From contig JBBIGR010000003.1 of assembly GCA_037447435.1 (NCBI GenBank), positions 32,001-96,000 of the forward strand: DNA of 64,000 nucleotides. Direction: 5' to 3'. The notes under the pieces were generated by a model that was not told the DNA's origin, searched no databases, and was given only the letters and a program-made list of their open reading frames with translations. This stretch comes from Fibrobacteria bacterium. GTDB taxonomy: Bacteria > Fibrobacterota > Chitinivibrionia > Chitinivibrionales > FEN-1185. Below, piece after piece: positions 40,490 to 50,663 of this stretch (positions within the stretch are counted from its first letter, which is position 1; each line of letters opens with the position of its first letter). Made by a program: the position numbers and the translations under genes.

Positions 40490-43036
40490 TTAGGTCTCTC
40501 GATTTATAATGCATTTTTCCCTCCGTATTAACCACGACGACGAATCGCTATAACCCAGTCCTGTAAGAAGTTCAGCCGGTTTACAGGTTTTTCGGGGCAA
40601 CATTCCCAGTACTGCCGTAAACGACAGTTTACCGGACGAAGGTGCGAATTCTATGGAATGCACCAGGGTTCTGATTTCCTTTTGACTGGGTTGTTCATCT
40701 TTAATAACCGTGACAAAAACCTGCGTTTGCGATAAAAAAGTTTGTACCGCGGTAATGATGTTTTCCACCAATGATTCATCAGCCTCGCGTAATAAAGTAA
40801 ATGCGTACTTTCCTGCCCAAATAGCTTCATTAAGCGACACATGTTTGACCGGAATGCTTTCGTAGGTTTTAATTCGCAAACCATGCGGTAAAAATGAATT
40901 GATCCGATCAATGTCGATGATCGTTTTCTGCGATACGGTCATATCGAACATTTCGCTCGCCCCCTCGCAGGGCAAAGAAAGCGGAGGGCCATACGAGACC
41001 ATGGGGTGCGCATGAAAACCGGCCGTATAAGCCAATGGAATTTCCGCTGCGCAAAAGGCCCTGCTGAAAATATTTACCATGTCAAGATGTCCTAAAAATC
41101 TCATTGCCGATAATTTTTCGTAGGAAAAACGGAAAACAAATTTTTCCGGGGGTTTTATTGCAGCGGCCGTCTCTTTGTCGGGTGCAATAACCGTATCTTG
41201 AGATTTTGATTGCACCAGGGTACCTGTTTTTTCATCGCAAACCCCGCAATTTTCACATGCGTCATTTCTGCAGTCGACGGTCGGTTGCATTTGCAGGGCT
41301 TTTTCATATTCCTGCGATAAAAAATCGTCGGATAATTTATATGATATGCATCTGTACGGTAAGGGTTGGTCTTTTTCAATTGCATTGCAAAAGACCATCG
41401 GATCGATTGCGAATTTTTCGAACGTTGTTTGCCAACGTTGATATGAAAAATGTTCATCCCTGCCGTCGGATTGTGCGCCTTCCAGGAATGCGGTTTCAAT
41501 GCAATTGCCGAGGCGCCGGTCTCCGCGCGCCATGACGGTTTCCAATTGAGCCATCATCGGATCACGGTACGACACTTTTACGTTTCGGTTCGGTTTTAAA
41601 GAGTTCTTGATAAGAAACGATTTTTGGCGTAATGATTCGACCGTATCCATGGCTTCCCTTGCAAAAGGCGTATGCGGTTTGGGAGAAAACGGTGAAATCG
41701 CAACGTTAATGGTTATCCGTCTGGAATGGTTCCATGCCCTTGAGGCAATATCGCGGACCATCGTGACGATCCCGTCTATGTCTTCGGGCCGTTCGGTAGG
41801 AAGTCCTATCATGAAATAGAGTTTTATCGTCTGCACTTTTCGTTTTATAAGGGAATCGACCATTTCAAAGATATTTTTGTCTGTAAACCCTTTGTTGATT
41901 ACGTCGCGCAGCCGTTGCGTCCCGGCTTCCGGCGCAATGGTAAAAGATGAAAATGGGGCGACCGATTTTAATAAGTCGATGTCCGCATCGCATAACGCAT
42001 CGATCCGGGTGGATGGAAGAGACACGTCTATGTGCCTGTCGCGGACAATAGCTCCCGTTTGGGACAGCAGATTTTTTAAATCTGAATAATCTGCCGTCGA
42101 AAGTGAAAGCAACCCGACATCCCGCCAGCCGGTATTGTCTATGCTTTCATTCAATTGGGAAATCAGATCTTGGGTTTTACGTTCGCGAATCGGCCTGTAC
42201 GTCATCCCGGCGGCGCAAAAACGGCAACCGCGGGTACATCCGCGCATGACTTCTACGGCAAGGCGATGATGGACAACGTTGATAAGCGGTACGAGAGGAC
42301 GCGCCGGGTAGTAATCGTTTTTTAATTCATCCACCTTTGCGGCAATGGTGATTCCCTCGGCCAGGGAAGGAACCATGAAAACGCCTTCTCGCTTTACCGG
42401 ATGAAGGCTCGGGACATACACGCCGTTGATACGTGATAACGCTTTCAGCGTATCGGGGCGTGAAGCGGCTTCTTTTTTCAGCCGCGAAAGTTCCTTGCAC
42501 AAGTTGTAAACGGTTTCTTCGCCGTCGCCTATGGCAAATGCATCGATGAAATCCGCAATAGGCTCGGGGTTGGTCATCGCGCATCCGCCCGCAATGATGA
42601 GCGGAAAACCCTGCCCCCGGTCTTTGGAGCGCAAGGGGATTTTGGCCAGGGTTAAAATAGAAAGCACATTTGTAAACTGCAGTTCATAGGTAATGGAAAA
42701 GCCGATCCAGTCCGCTTCTTTTATCGGCAGTTGGTATTCCAAGCAGAAAAGGGGAATGTCCCGTTTCCGCATTTGCGCCAAACCGTCCGGTTGCGGAAGA
42801 TAACAACGGGAAAGCGCCCACGCCGGATGTGAATTGACTATATGATAGAGAATCTGTCCGCCGTAATGCGACATGCCGATTTCATAGGTTTCGGGAAAAC
42901 AAAGCACGCCGTGAAGCTCTATCGCCGCCGGATCTTTTCGAATGATGTTAAGCTCATTGCCCAAATATTGCATCGGTTTTTGCACAAAAGGCAAAAAATC
43001 GGTTTGTATGACGGTAGACAGGCCTGATGAAGACAT
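40490..43036 (-). CDS. Radical SAM protein (TIGR03960-like) fused to a TIGR03936/DUF2344-like domain
   Basis: FPETYEIGMS, EVMRGCTRGCRFC, APEAG, YFMIGLP, PKPHTPF; C-terminal RFLGHLD...GFHAHP. Confidence 0.88.
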   Translation of the reverse strand: MSSSGLSTVIQTDFLPFVQKPMQYLGNELNIIRKDPAAIELHGVLCFPETYEIGMSHYGGQILYHIVNSHPAWALSRCYLPQPDGLAQMRKRDIPLFCLEYQLPIKEADWIGFSITYELQFTNVLSILTLAKIPLRSKDRGQGFPLIIAGGCAMTNPEPIADFIDAFAIGDGEETVYNLCKELSRLKKEAASRPDTLKALSRINGVYVPSLHPVKREGVFMVPSLAEGITIAAKVDELKNDYYPARPLVPLINVVHHRLAVEVMRGCTRGCRFCAAGMTYRPIRERKTQDLISQLNESIDNTGWRDVGLLSLSTADYSDLKNLLSQTGAIVRDRHIDVSLPSTRIDALCDADIDLLKSVAPFSSFTIAPEAGTQRLRDVINKGFTDKNIFEMVDSLIKRKVQTIKLYFMIGLPTERPEDIDGIVTMVRDIASRAWNHSRRITINVAISPFSPKPHTPFAREAMDTVESLRQKSFLIKNSLKPNRNVKVSYRDPMMAQLETVMARGDRRLGNCIETAFLEGAQSDGRDEHFSYQRWQTTFEKFAIDPMVFCNAIEKDQPLPYRCISYKLSDDFLSQEYEKALQMQPTVDCRNDACENCGVCDEKTGTLVQSKSQDTVIAPDKETAAAIKPPEKFVFRFSYEKLSAMRFLGHLDMVNIFSRAFCAAEIPLAYTAGFHAHPMVSYGPPLSLPCEGASEMFDMTVSQKTIIDIDRINSFLPHGLRIKTYESIPVKHVSLNEAIWAGKYAFTLLREADESLVENIITAVQTFLSQTQVFVTVIKDEQPSQKEIRTLVHSIEFAPSSGKLSFTAVLGMLPRKTCKPAELLTGLGYSDSSSWLIRREKCIINRET

Positions 43037-43205
43037 TTTATTTTGCCAGTACTGTTAAAAGGTAAAACGGAACACTCGTAGCATCCTTATTCAAAATACC
43101 GACGCGAGATGCCTCGATATAATAACAGCTGCAACGGAAAAGACGTAGGGTAAAATAGTTTTGCGCAGAGAATACCCAGGAAAATATCGGGATATAAAAA
43201 TGTAA

Positions 43206-43937
43206 TTATTTGCCCTTTTCAAGCCTTTGGGCCAAAAATGCGGGAAGATTGTTTTCCAGAATTTTCTTTTGGGTAATCGAATAATCGTACGGCACGCGAA
43301 CAAGCGAAACCTCGGATTGGTCGGTATCCAAAACGGCATAGCATGATCGGGAGTCGAAATCCCGCGGTTGACCCACGCTCCCGACGTTGATGAGATAAAA
43401 GTTATTTTTGTCAAGCTTGATCGTGTGTTCGGAATGCAGGATTATTTTGTCTTCTTCCTGAATCATTATCGACGGCCAATGGGTATGGCCGATAAAATTG
43501 AGCCTGAACACGAGACTGTTGAACGCCTCAAAGACCGCATCTTCACTATCGGGAAAAACATATATCCAGTCTTTGGGATTGGACGGCGAAGAATGCGTAT
43601 AAAAAATCCCGTCTTTCTCAATAGTTAATGGGAGGCCTGAAAGAAATTCCTTTGCTCGTTCCGATAGGTGACAACGGGTCCATTCCATCGCCGCGTATGC
43701 ATAGTAAGTAAATGTTTGAATGTCGATTCTGTTGATGGCGGCATAGTCATGGTTTCCGGCAACGCAAAGCGCGACATTGTCCCGGACCAAATCGATACAA
43801 CGTTCCGGGTCGGGGTAATAGCCGACAATGTCGCCAAGGCAGATAATCGTGTCTATCGATCTGCTTTGGATGTCTTTGAGAACCGCAATCAGAGCATCAA
43901 CGTTTCCGTGTATATCGGAAATGATCGCATATTTCAT
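43206..43937 (-). CDS. Calcineurin-like metallophosphoesterase
   Basis: SDIHGN, GDIVGY, GNHD, GHTH, NVGSVGQPRD. Confidence 0.92.
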   Translation of the reverse strand: MKYAIISDIHGNVDALIAVLKDIQSRSIDTIICLGDIVGYYPDPERCIDLVRDNVALCVAGNHDYAAINRIDIQTFTYYAYAAMEWTRCHLSERAKEFLSGLPLTIEKDGIFYTHSSPSNPKDWIYVFPDSEDAVFEAFNSLVFRLNFIGHTHWPSIMIQEEDKIILHSEHTIKLDKNNFYLINVGSVGQPRDFDSRSCYAVLDTDQSEVSLVRVPYDYSITQKKILENNLPAFLAQRLEKGK

Positions 43938-44061
43938 GATAATTCAGTTTCTTGCATCAAGTTGTGAGAATTACATCTGACAAATATCCTAAATTATATT
44001 ATTTTAATAAACTTGTTGCAACATAAATTTCCCGGTTTTTCTTTAACAAGGGAAACTCTTT

Positions 44062-45129
44062 TTGGACTTCACATTTTCGGTCTTCCCATCCGATGCGGCA
44101 AATAGGCTTTCGGCTTTCAAGCAAAAGGTTTGTCCCGCTTCGTCGGCGCTTATCCTCATGCATGATTATCCCGATCCCGATTGCATTGCTGCTGCCTATG
44201 GCGTTTCTCAACTTCTTGATTTCTGGGGTGTATCATCAACGGTGATTTCTTCCGGCGGATTTATCGGACGTGCGGAGAACCGTGCAATGATACGATTTTT
44301 AAATATCCACACGGTGCCCTTTGTTCTTTTGGAACTTAAAGATTTTGAAAAAATAATTTTGGTCGATTGTTTTCCCGGCAACAGCAATGTTTCGCTTTCT
44401 AAAGATCAAAAAATCGATGCCGTCCTCGATCATCATTTGGTCAACTGCGAAGATACCGCGCAGTTTTTTCATGACATTCGTAAAGAAATCGGCGCTACCT
44501 CGACAATCGTTACGGAATACCTTCTCAATGCACAATGCCCGATTTCTCCCAAGCTTGCAACCGCATTGTTCTACGGCATCAAAACCGATACCGGCGACAT
44601 GGGACGGGAATCGTCGAGCGAAGATCTCGAATGTTATAAATTCCTTTTCGGACAAATGGATCATTCTCTTCTCGCACGAATAGAAAATCCCGACCGTGAT
44701 GTTGCGTTTTTCCGTATTTTGCACCGTGCGGCTCAGTCCATGGTTGCGTTCGATTCGCTTGGCTATATTTCTTTAGGGCAAATCAGCTCGCCCGATTATG
44801 TCGCTGAAATGGTTGATCTGTTCCATAGTTTGGAAAAAATCGATATAACGATATGCTGCGGAATCTTTAAAAAGCATATATTTTTTTCCATTCGCGCAAA
44901 AAACCGGGATGAAGCCGGCGTCAATGCCGAAAAAATTGCCGTATCGCTTGGCGGCGGCGGCGGCGGACACGGCAAGGTCGGCGCAGGCCGAATTCCCTTT
45001 GAAAAACAAACCGAAAACGAAATAATTAGTAAATTTGAAACCGCGTTTAAAAAAGTTTTCAATATTACCGAAGTTGAAGGCGTACATATATTAGAGGAGA
45101 AGAAAAAGGTTGCGCCCGATTCTGTGTGA
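44062..45129 (+). CDS. DHH/DHHA1 family phosphoesterase
   Basis: HDYPDPD, LVD, DHH, GATST, GIKTDT, GGGH. Confidence 0.9.
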   Translation: MDFTFSVFPSDAANRLSAFKQKVCPASSALILMHDYPDPDCIAAAYGVSQLLDFWGVSSTVISSGGFIGRAENRAMIRFLNIHTVPFVLLELKDFEKIILVDCFPGNSNVSLSKDQKIDAVLDHHLVNCEDTAQFFHDIRKEIGATSTIVTEYLLNAQCPISPKLATALFYGIKTDTGDMGRESSSEDLECYKFLFGQMDHSLLARIENPDRDVAFFRILHRAAQSMVAFDSLGYISLGQISSPDYVAEMVDLFHSLEKIDITICCGIFKKHIFFSIRAKNRDEAGVNAEKIAVSLGGGGGGHGKVGAGRIPFEKQTENEIISKFETAFKKVFNITEVEGVHILEEKKKVAPDSV

Positions 45130-45171
45130 AACAAATTATTCTAAGGCTCATTTACAAGCAAAGGGACCAAT

Positions 45172-46014
45172 ATGTGGGAATATACCGATCAAGTAAGAGA
45201 TCATTTTCTTAATCCGAGAAACGCCGGAGAAATAGAAAACCCCGATGGACTTGGTGAAATCGGGAACATTACCTGCGGCGATGCGCTTCGGTTGACGTTT
45301 AAACTCGATGAAAATAAAAGAATAGCGGACGCAAAGTTTAAAACCTTCGGTTGCGGCAGCGCAATCGCCTCCGCAAGCGCGTTGACAGAATTGATAAAGG
45401 GAAAAACGCTCGAGGAGGCATCCAAAGTCACCAACGACGATATCGCGGAATTTTTAGGAGGATTGCCTCGCGAAAAAATGCATTGCAGCGTCATGGGGCA
45501 GGAAGCATTGGAAGCGGCAATCGAATATTACAAATCCGGCGGAGAAAAGACGCTCCCTCCGGTAAAGGAAGGAACGATAATTTGCACCTGCTTCAACGTG
45601 ACCGATAAGGAAATCGAGCGGGCAATTAAAGATCATAATCTCAAAACCCTCGAAGATGTTACCAATTATACGAAAGCGGGCGGCGGTTGCGGCGGCTGCC
45701 ACGAACAAATCGTCGAGATACTCGCAAAAATCAATGGAACAGGGACCATGGCCGGTCCTAAACCTGCCCAAAGACTTACGACCTTGCAAAAAATCGATAG
45801 GATCCGCGACATTATCCAGTCCGATATACGTCCCATTTTGGCGCAAGACGGCGGCGATTGCGATTTGGTTGATGTCGACGGCAATGAAGTCTTTATCCGA
45901 TTTAAAGGACATTGCAACGGCTGCGCTTTTTCCGGAAATACGCTTGTGTCGGTTGTTGAAAAAAAGCTTAAGGAAAAAGTCGCGGACAATTTGATCGTCA
46001 AATTGCAAGAATAG
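45172..46014 (+). CDS. nifU: Three-domain Fe-S cluster scaffold NifU
   Basis: IscU-like TCGD/FGCGS/HCS; BFD-like CTC...CGGC; NifU-C DGGD...CNGC. Confidence 0.92.
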   Translation: MWEYTDQVRDHFLNPRNAGEIENPDGLGEIGNITCGDALRLTFKLDENKRIADAKFKTFGCGSAIASASALTELIKGKTLEEASKVTNDDIAEFLGGLPREKMHCSVMGQEALEAAIEYYKSGGEKTLPPVKEGTIICTCFNVTDKEIERAIKDHNLKTLEDVTNYTKAGGGCGGCHEQIVEILAKINGTGTMAGPKPAQRLTTLQKIDRIRDIIQSDIRPILAQDGGDCDLVDVDGNEVFIRFKGHCNGCAFSGNTLVSVVEKKLKEKVADNLIVKLQE

Positions 46015-46019
46015 CTTCG

Positions 46020-48737
46020 TCACATCGAGCGTATAATGTCCCGGATGCACAAAGCGATTTGTTCGGCCGAATAATAGGGGGAAATTTTTCCCAGCGCAAT
46101 AAGGTTCTGATATGTTAATTGCCCGCCGAACGTGATACGGGGGGCAATTTTTTTTCTCCGTAATACATTCGGAAACCCGCCTTTCGGCCAAACATCCATT
46201 GCGTCCTGTATGCGGATAGGAACAATCGTCGCATTGATTTCAAGCATAAGAAGCCCGATTCCCGCTTTGAATTTACGCAATTCACCGGTTACGGTGGACG
46301 TGGCTTCCGGAAATACGAGAAGATTATTGCCGTCTTTAAGCAACGAAATTGACAACCGTAAAATCGAGACGACGTCGGAACTGGTTTTTACGGGGATAAT
46401 ATTGTTCGAAAACAAACTTTTCTGCGACTGCGAAACAATTTCGTCGGTTCCTATTAAAAAAGTTTTATTCCGTATTGCCGGGGGCAGGGAATATAAAACC
46501 CAAAGTACATCCAATGGGCCTTGGCGATTTGCGCAAAAAACAAGCGGTTTATCGGCGGATAGCTCCCGATTTCCCGTTACCGACACATTCCAGAAAGCAC
46601 TGCTTGCGGCATGCACCAATTGCGGAATCGCTTTGCCTATGACCGTTGCTTTTCTTGGCGGATAATGCGGTGCCGATCCGTTAAGTATTCTTTGCCTGAT
46701 AGTTCCAAACGAATCGTTTTTATTGGTAGCCGACGGGGTAGCAAGCAATTCCATTACAATTAAATATGCGTCGCCGACCGTTGCGATCCGGCTTAACAAA
46801 TCTTCCGGGACAACGATATGAAATTTTTTCTCAATGGCGCAAATGAGGTCCAATTGTTTTAGCGAATCCAATCCTAAATCGATTTCTAGCAAATAATGAG
46901 GCAAAATCTGCGCTTGAAGGCTTTTCTTTGAATGGGATGCAACCTCCGACGCAATAAAACGGTATTCGGCAGTACCCATGATCCCTTGATCTACCACGGA
47001 AACGGCATTCTTGTTTTTCGCCGCTTTTTCAATGTCTTCCTTGACGGAATAGTAAATTTCCCTCAATTCATGTTTTTTAAGTTTTTTTGTCGTTGTTTGA
47101 GGTAATTGGTCGTACACTACGGCGAAATCGGTGATTTTTTTATACGACGGCAAATCGCGGCCCAATCGTAAAATCTCGTTTCGAATAATTTCATGTGCTT
47201 CGGGAATGGAATAATTTTTCCGTATTTCCTGCGAGGGTACGATAAGTGCCGCGGCGATTTCCTTTTCATTCATTTTTGCGGAAAATACTCCGATTTCTTC
47301 AATCGATTCGGAAGCGGAATAAAACTCTTCCAATTCGTCGGGGTACACATTTTTACCGCTGTCAAGAACAATGAGGTCTTTTATCCTGCCAACTAAAAAA
47401 ATGAATCCGTCTTTGTCGATTTTTCCCAAGTCCCCGGTATGGAACCATCCTTCCGTATCGAAAGTCTTTTGAGTCAATGCAGGATTATTAAAATAGCCGG
47501 GAAACACCGTTGCGCCGCGAAAACAAACTTCGCCGATCCCGTGAATGTCGGCATTTGCCAGCATAACTTCATTTTCCGCCAACGGGATTCCCACGCTGCC
47601 AAGCTTCGGCGTCCCAAGAGGGCATAATGTTATGGACCCAAACGTTTCGGAAAGTCCGTATCCTTCGACAATGTTAAATCCCATTCGCAAAAAGCCGTTG
47701 AAGTATTTCTTTTGTATCGCAGCGCCTCCGGAAATAATAATGTCGAGCTTCCCGCCGAAATTTTTATGAACGGCGCCGAATAGTTTTTTCCGAAATTTTT
47801 GCCCGAAAATAGGACCGGCAACTATGGAGATAAACGTGAGAAGCGCAAAAAGCGACCTGACAAGCGGGCCTTTTGCCTTGATATTCTGCTGGATGGAATT
47901 GTAAAACAATGACAGCATCTTAGGAACCGCCGGAAACATAGAAACATGTTTTTCACGCAAACCGTCTAAAATCAGCGACCCTTTTATGGACGGAATGAGT
48001 ACAATGTCAAGGCCGCCTCCCAATGCGCCGCAAAGGCATGCGCATGCGCCGAATACATGGTGTAACGGCAAGACAGCCAACATCGTATCTCCTGCGCCGA
48101 CCTTCATTCGGGGAATGGCAAACAATGAAATGGCGGTAAAATTCCTTTGGCACAACATAACGCCTTTTGCTTTACCCGTTGTACCCGAAGTGAAAATGAC
48201 GACCGCGATTTTTTCGGGCGAACATTTCAAATCGAACGCATTGTCCCATTCATCGCCTGCTGCGCAAAATGAGGAAAATGTTTGCTTGGGACCTTCGTAC
48301 GATTGGCTCAGTACTACGATGATGGTTTGAAAATTGAATTCACTGGAAAGCTCGGAAAATAACGTCACAAAAGGTTTTGAACAAAACACGATGCTTGGTT
48401 TTGTTTGAAAAACAATTTCGCGTATTTCGCGAGCGGGTAGATTGGGGTCGACAGGGACCGTAATGCCGCCGCTGATAAAACCGCTGTGCCAGGCTATTAC
48501 CCATTCCGGCGTATTTTCACCGATGACAATGCATTTTCCCTCCGATTGCAGGCCCGTTTTTTTTATCGCACTGACGCATTTGTTAATATCTCTGTGGAAA
48601 TCGGCATAGGTCCATGTCCGATATGCATTGTCCCTTTTTATATGCATACAGGGCCGGGCACTGTTTTGCGCTATCGATTGGGCCAATAGCTCATTATATA
48701 CGTGGTTATTCATTGAGGAGAAAATTACTATATCCAC
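46020..48737 (-). CDS. Long-chain acyl-CoA-synthetase-like AMP-binding domain + acyl carrier domain + degenerate PlsC-like acyltransferase
   Basis: FTSGTTGKAKG, GYGLSE, TGDLG; LGLDSL carrier motif; CANRQGPLD and VFPEAT acyltransferase blocks. Confidence 0.88.
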   Translation of the reverse strand: MDIVIFSSMNNHVYNELLAQSIAQNSARPCMHIKRDNAYRTWTYADFHRDINKCVSAIKKTGLQSEGKCIVIGENTPEWVIAWHSGFISGGITVPVDPNLPAREIREIVFQTKPSIVFCSKPFVTLFSELSSEFNFQTIIVVLSQSYEGPKQTFSSFCAAGDEWDNAFDLKCSPEKIAVVIFTSGTTGKAKGVMLCQRNFTAISLFAIPRMKVGAGDTMLAVLPLHHVFGACACLCGALGGGLDIVLIPSIKGSLILDGLREKHVSMFPAVPKMLSLFYNSIQQNIKAKGPLVRSLFALLTFISIVAGPIFGQKFRKKLFGAVHKNFGGKLDIIISGGAAIQKKYFNGFLRMGFNIVEGYGLSETFGSITLCPLGTPKLGSVGIPLAENEVMLANADIHGIGEVCFRGATVFPGYFNNPALTQKTFDTEGWFHTGDLGKIDKDGFIFLVGRIKDLIVLDSGKNVYPDELEEFYSASESIEEIGVFSAKMNEKEIAAALIVPSQEIRKNYSIPEAHEIIRNEILRLGRDLPSYKKITDFAVVYDQLPQTTTKKLKKHELREIYYSVKEDIEKAAKNKNAVSVVDQGIMGTAEYRFIASEVASHSKKSLQAQILPHYLLEIDLGLDSLKQLDLICAIEKKFHIVVPEDLLSRIATVGDAYLIVMELLATPSATNKNDSFGTIRQRILNGSAPHYPPRKATVIGKAIPQLVHAASSAFWNVSVTGNRELSADKPLVFCANRQGPLDVLWVLYSLPPAIRNKTFLIGTDEIVSQSQKSLFSNNIIPVKTSSDVVSILRLSISLLKDGNNLLVFPEATSTVTGELRKFKAGIGLLMLEINATIVPIRIQDAMDVWPKGGFPNVLRRKKIAPRITFGGQLTYQNLIALGKISPYYSAEQIALCIRDIIRSM

Positions 48738-48806
48738 GTCGAGGAATGGCTTCGATTTTTACAAGGAATGCGGCGATGGTTACAAGGTCGTCCTTCAAAG
48801 GATGGA

Positions 48807-49982
48807 TTACAGTCTGGATAAAACAATTTTCCGTAAATCGTCTTTCGAAAGTATCGCCGGATTGTTTTTTAGTTCGGTTTTTTCAATGATCGTGTCGCAA
48901 TCGGCGTCGCGAATACCGAATTGGGAAAGTTTCGGGATATTTAACGTGCTTGTCAACTTGTCAAGTGCATCGGCAAAATCCAAGCAGGCGCTTTCGACGG
49001 AATCCTTTTTAATACCGAACAGCATTTGCCCGGCATCGGCAAATTTCCTTAGTGAATTTTCCGCATTTCCCTGTTCCAAAAGCCTATCGATGGTCATCCG
49101 CATGCATGGCGCAAGCAGTGTCCCGCAGACGATGCCGTGCGGTATGTCGAACATTCCGCCTATCGATGAGGCGAACCCATGAACAACACAAAGCCCCGCA
49201 TTGGCAAGCGTTATCCCCGATAACAGGGCCGCATACGAAACATTTGACTGCGCATGAATAGTGTTCTCTTTCGTGGATACGGTAATCAAATTATCCTTTA
49301 AGCGCGACAGTCCTTCAAGTGCCAGGCAATCGGTGACGGGAGTTGCTTTTGTCGAGATAAACGATTCCAATAATTGCGTGAGCGCATCCATACCGCATGC
49401 GCCCGCGACGTCGCTTGGGCACGACATTGCCAATAGGGGGTCGACAACCGCAATCGTGGGCATTAAATTGACATGGCGTAACGATTTTTTAAATCCGTTT
49501 ATTCCGGTTTGTGAAAGGACCGCGTTGTATGTTGCCTCGGTACCGGTCCCCGCAGTTGTCGGGACGGCGATAAACGGAACCTTTGTGCCCGGATGCGAAA
49601 CCGTTCCGATACCTTCTAAAAAGTCTTGGACCGTCCGGTCTAAAGGCAGCATCGCGGAAACGGCTTTCCCCGCATCTATCACGCTTCCGCCGCCGACCGC
49701 GCAAACGACTTCGATTCCATGTGATTTATATTCGGCCACTGCGGCATCCACCAGTTGCGGGGAAGGTTCGCAATGAACTTCATATTCGTAAATACGACAA
49801 CCGGCGTCTGTGAAGCTGTTTAAAATATGAATTGATAAAGGGGACTGTAAAAAGCTTTTTTTTCCGTGTACCAGCAAAACAGTTCTGCCGTATTCCGCCG
49901 CAATTGTGCCGATGCGCAGCGATTTATTGGCGCCAAAGAAAATTCGGGACGGCTGGACCAGTTGGAAAGGAGTTATTTCCAT
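48807..49982 (-). CDS. Iron-containing alcohol dehydrogenase
   Basis: GGGSVIDAGK, PTTAGTGTE, DALTQ, VHG, PHG. Confidence 0.92.
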   Translation of the reverse strand: MEITPFQLVQPSRIFFGANKSLRIGTIAAEYGRTVLLVHGKKSFLQSPLSIHILNSFTDAGCRIYEYEVHCEPSPQLVDAAVAEYKSHGIEVVCAVGGGSVIDAGKAVSAMLPLDRTVQDFLEGIGTVSHPGTKVPFIAVPTTAGTGTEATYNAVLSQTGINGFKKSLRHVNLMPTIAVVDPLLAMSCPSDVAGACGMDALTQLLESFISTKATPVTDCLALEGLSRLKDNLITVSTKENTIHAQSNVSYAALLSGITLANAGLCVVHGFASSIGGMFDIPHGIVCGTLLAPCMRMTIDRLLEQGNAENSLRKFADAGQMLFGIKKDSVESACLDFADALDKLTSTLNIPKLSQFGIRDADCDTIIEKTELKNNPAILSKDDLRKIVLSRL

Positions 49983-50284
49983 TGGTTCTTTTCCATTGGC
50001 CGAATAACCTCATACGGAATTCCTTCCCTTGGTTTTTGCATCCATTCTTCGACGGTTTTTTTCCAAGTCCGATAATGGGCGGTATTTTTATGTTCGCGGG
50101 CAGCTTCATCATTTTCATATGCTTCATAGAGCATGAAACAGGACGGATCGTCGCTGTTTTGGAGAAAATCGAATCGCAAATTGCCTTTTTCTTTTACCGC
50201 TGCTTCGTGGTTTTTTATAGTTGCCTCGATGAAAGAGGCAATTGCATCCGGTTTGACTTGAATATGAACGGCCGTTACGAGCAT
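49973..50284 (-). CDS. ABM/LsrG-like monooxygenase-fold protein
   Basis: EKGNLRFDFLQ, FMLYEAY, HKNTAHY; overlaps the ADH start. Confidence 0.85.
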   Translation of the reverse strand: MLVTAVHIQVKPDAIASFIEATIKNHEAAVKEKGNLRFDFLQNSDDPSCFMLYEAYENDEAAREHKNTAHYRTWKKTVEEWMQKPREGIPYEVIRPMEKNQWK

Positions 50285-50663
50285 GGTTATCTCCTTTGTT
50301 AATTAAAGGGATGAATAATCCGGGGCTCTTTCGTGTTAAAATAACCTTTGTGTACGGCATTCACAAACGGCCCGGGATTTTAAGTGAAAATTTATTTTAT
50401 GGTACTAAGGCGTGCATGGGAGAGCTGTAGTTTATTATATTTAATTTAAGGGGTGAATTTCCAATCACGGCTTTCAATTAAATCAAAACAAGTTAATCGG
50501 TTAAAAATCTTAACATATATTTATATTACTTTTTACTGAACTTTATTATATTTCTAAACGACTATTAGCCCTAAATAGGTATTGTATTTGATTTTAATCG
50601 ATAAAAATGGAAAAACTATTCCAATTTACTCACATTGCTTTTAAGCAGGAGGTTGGTTAACCT

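Noticed and set aside
46020..48737. NRPS/PKS biosynthetic cluster
   Set aside because: There is no condensation or ketosynthase domain; the architecture matches lipid-salvage acyl ligases.
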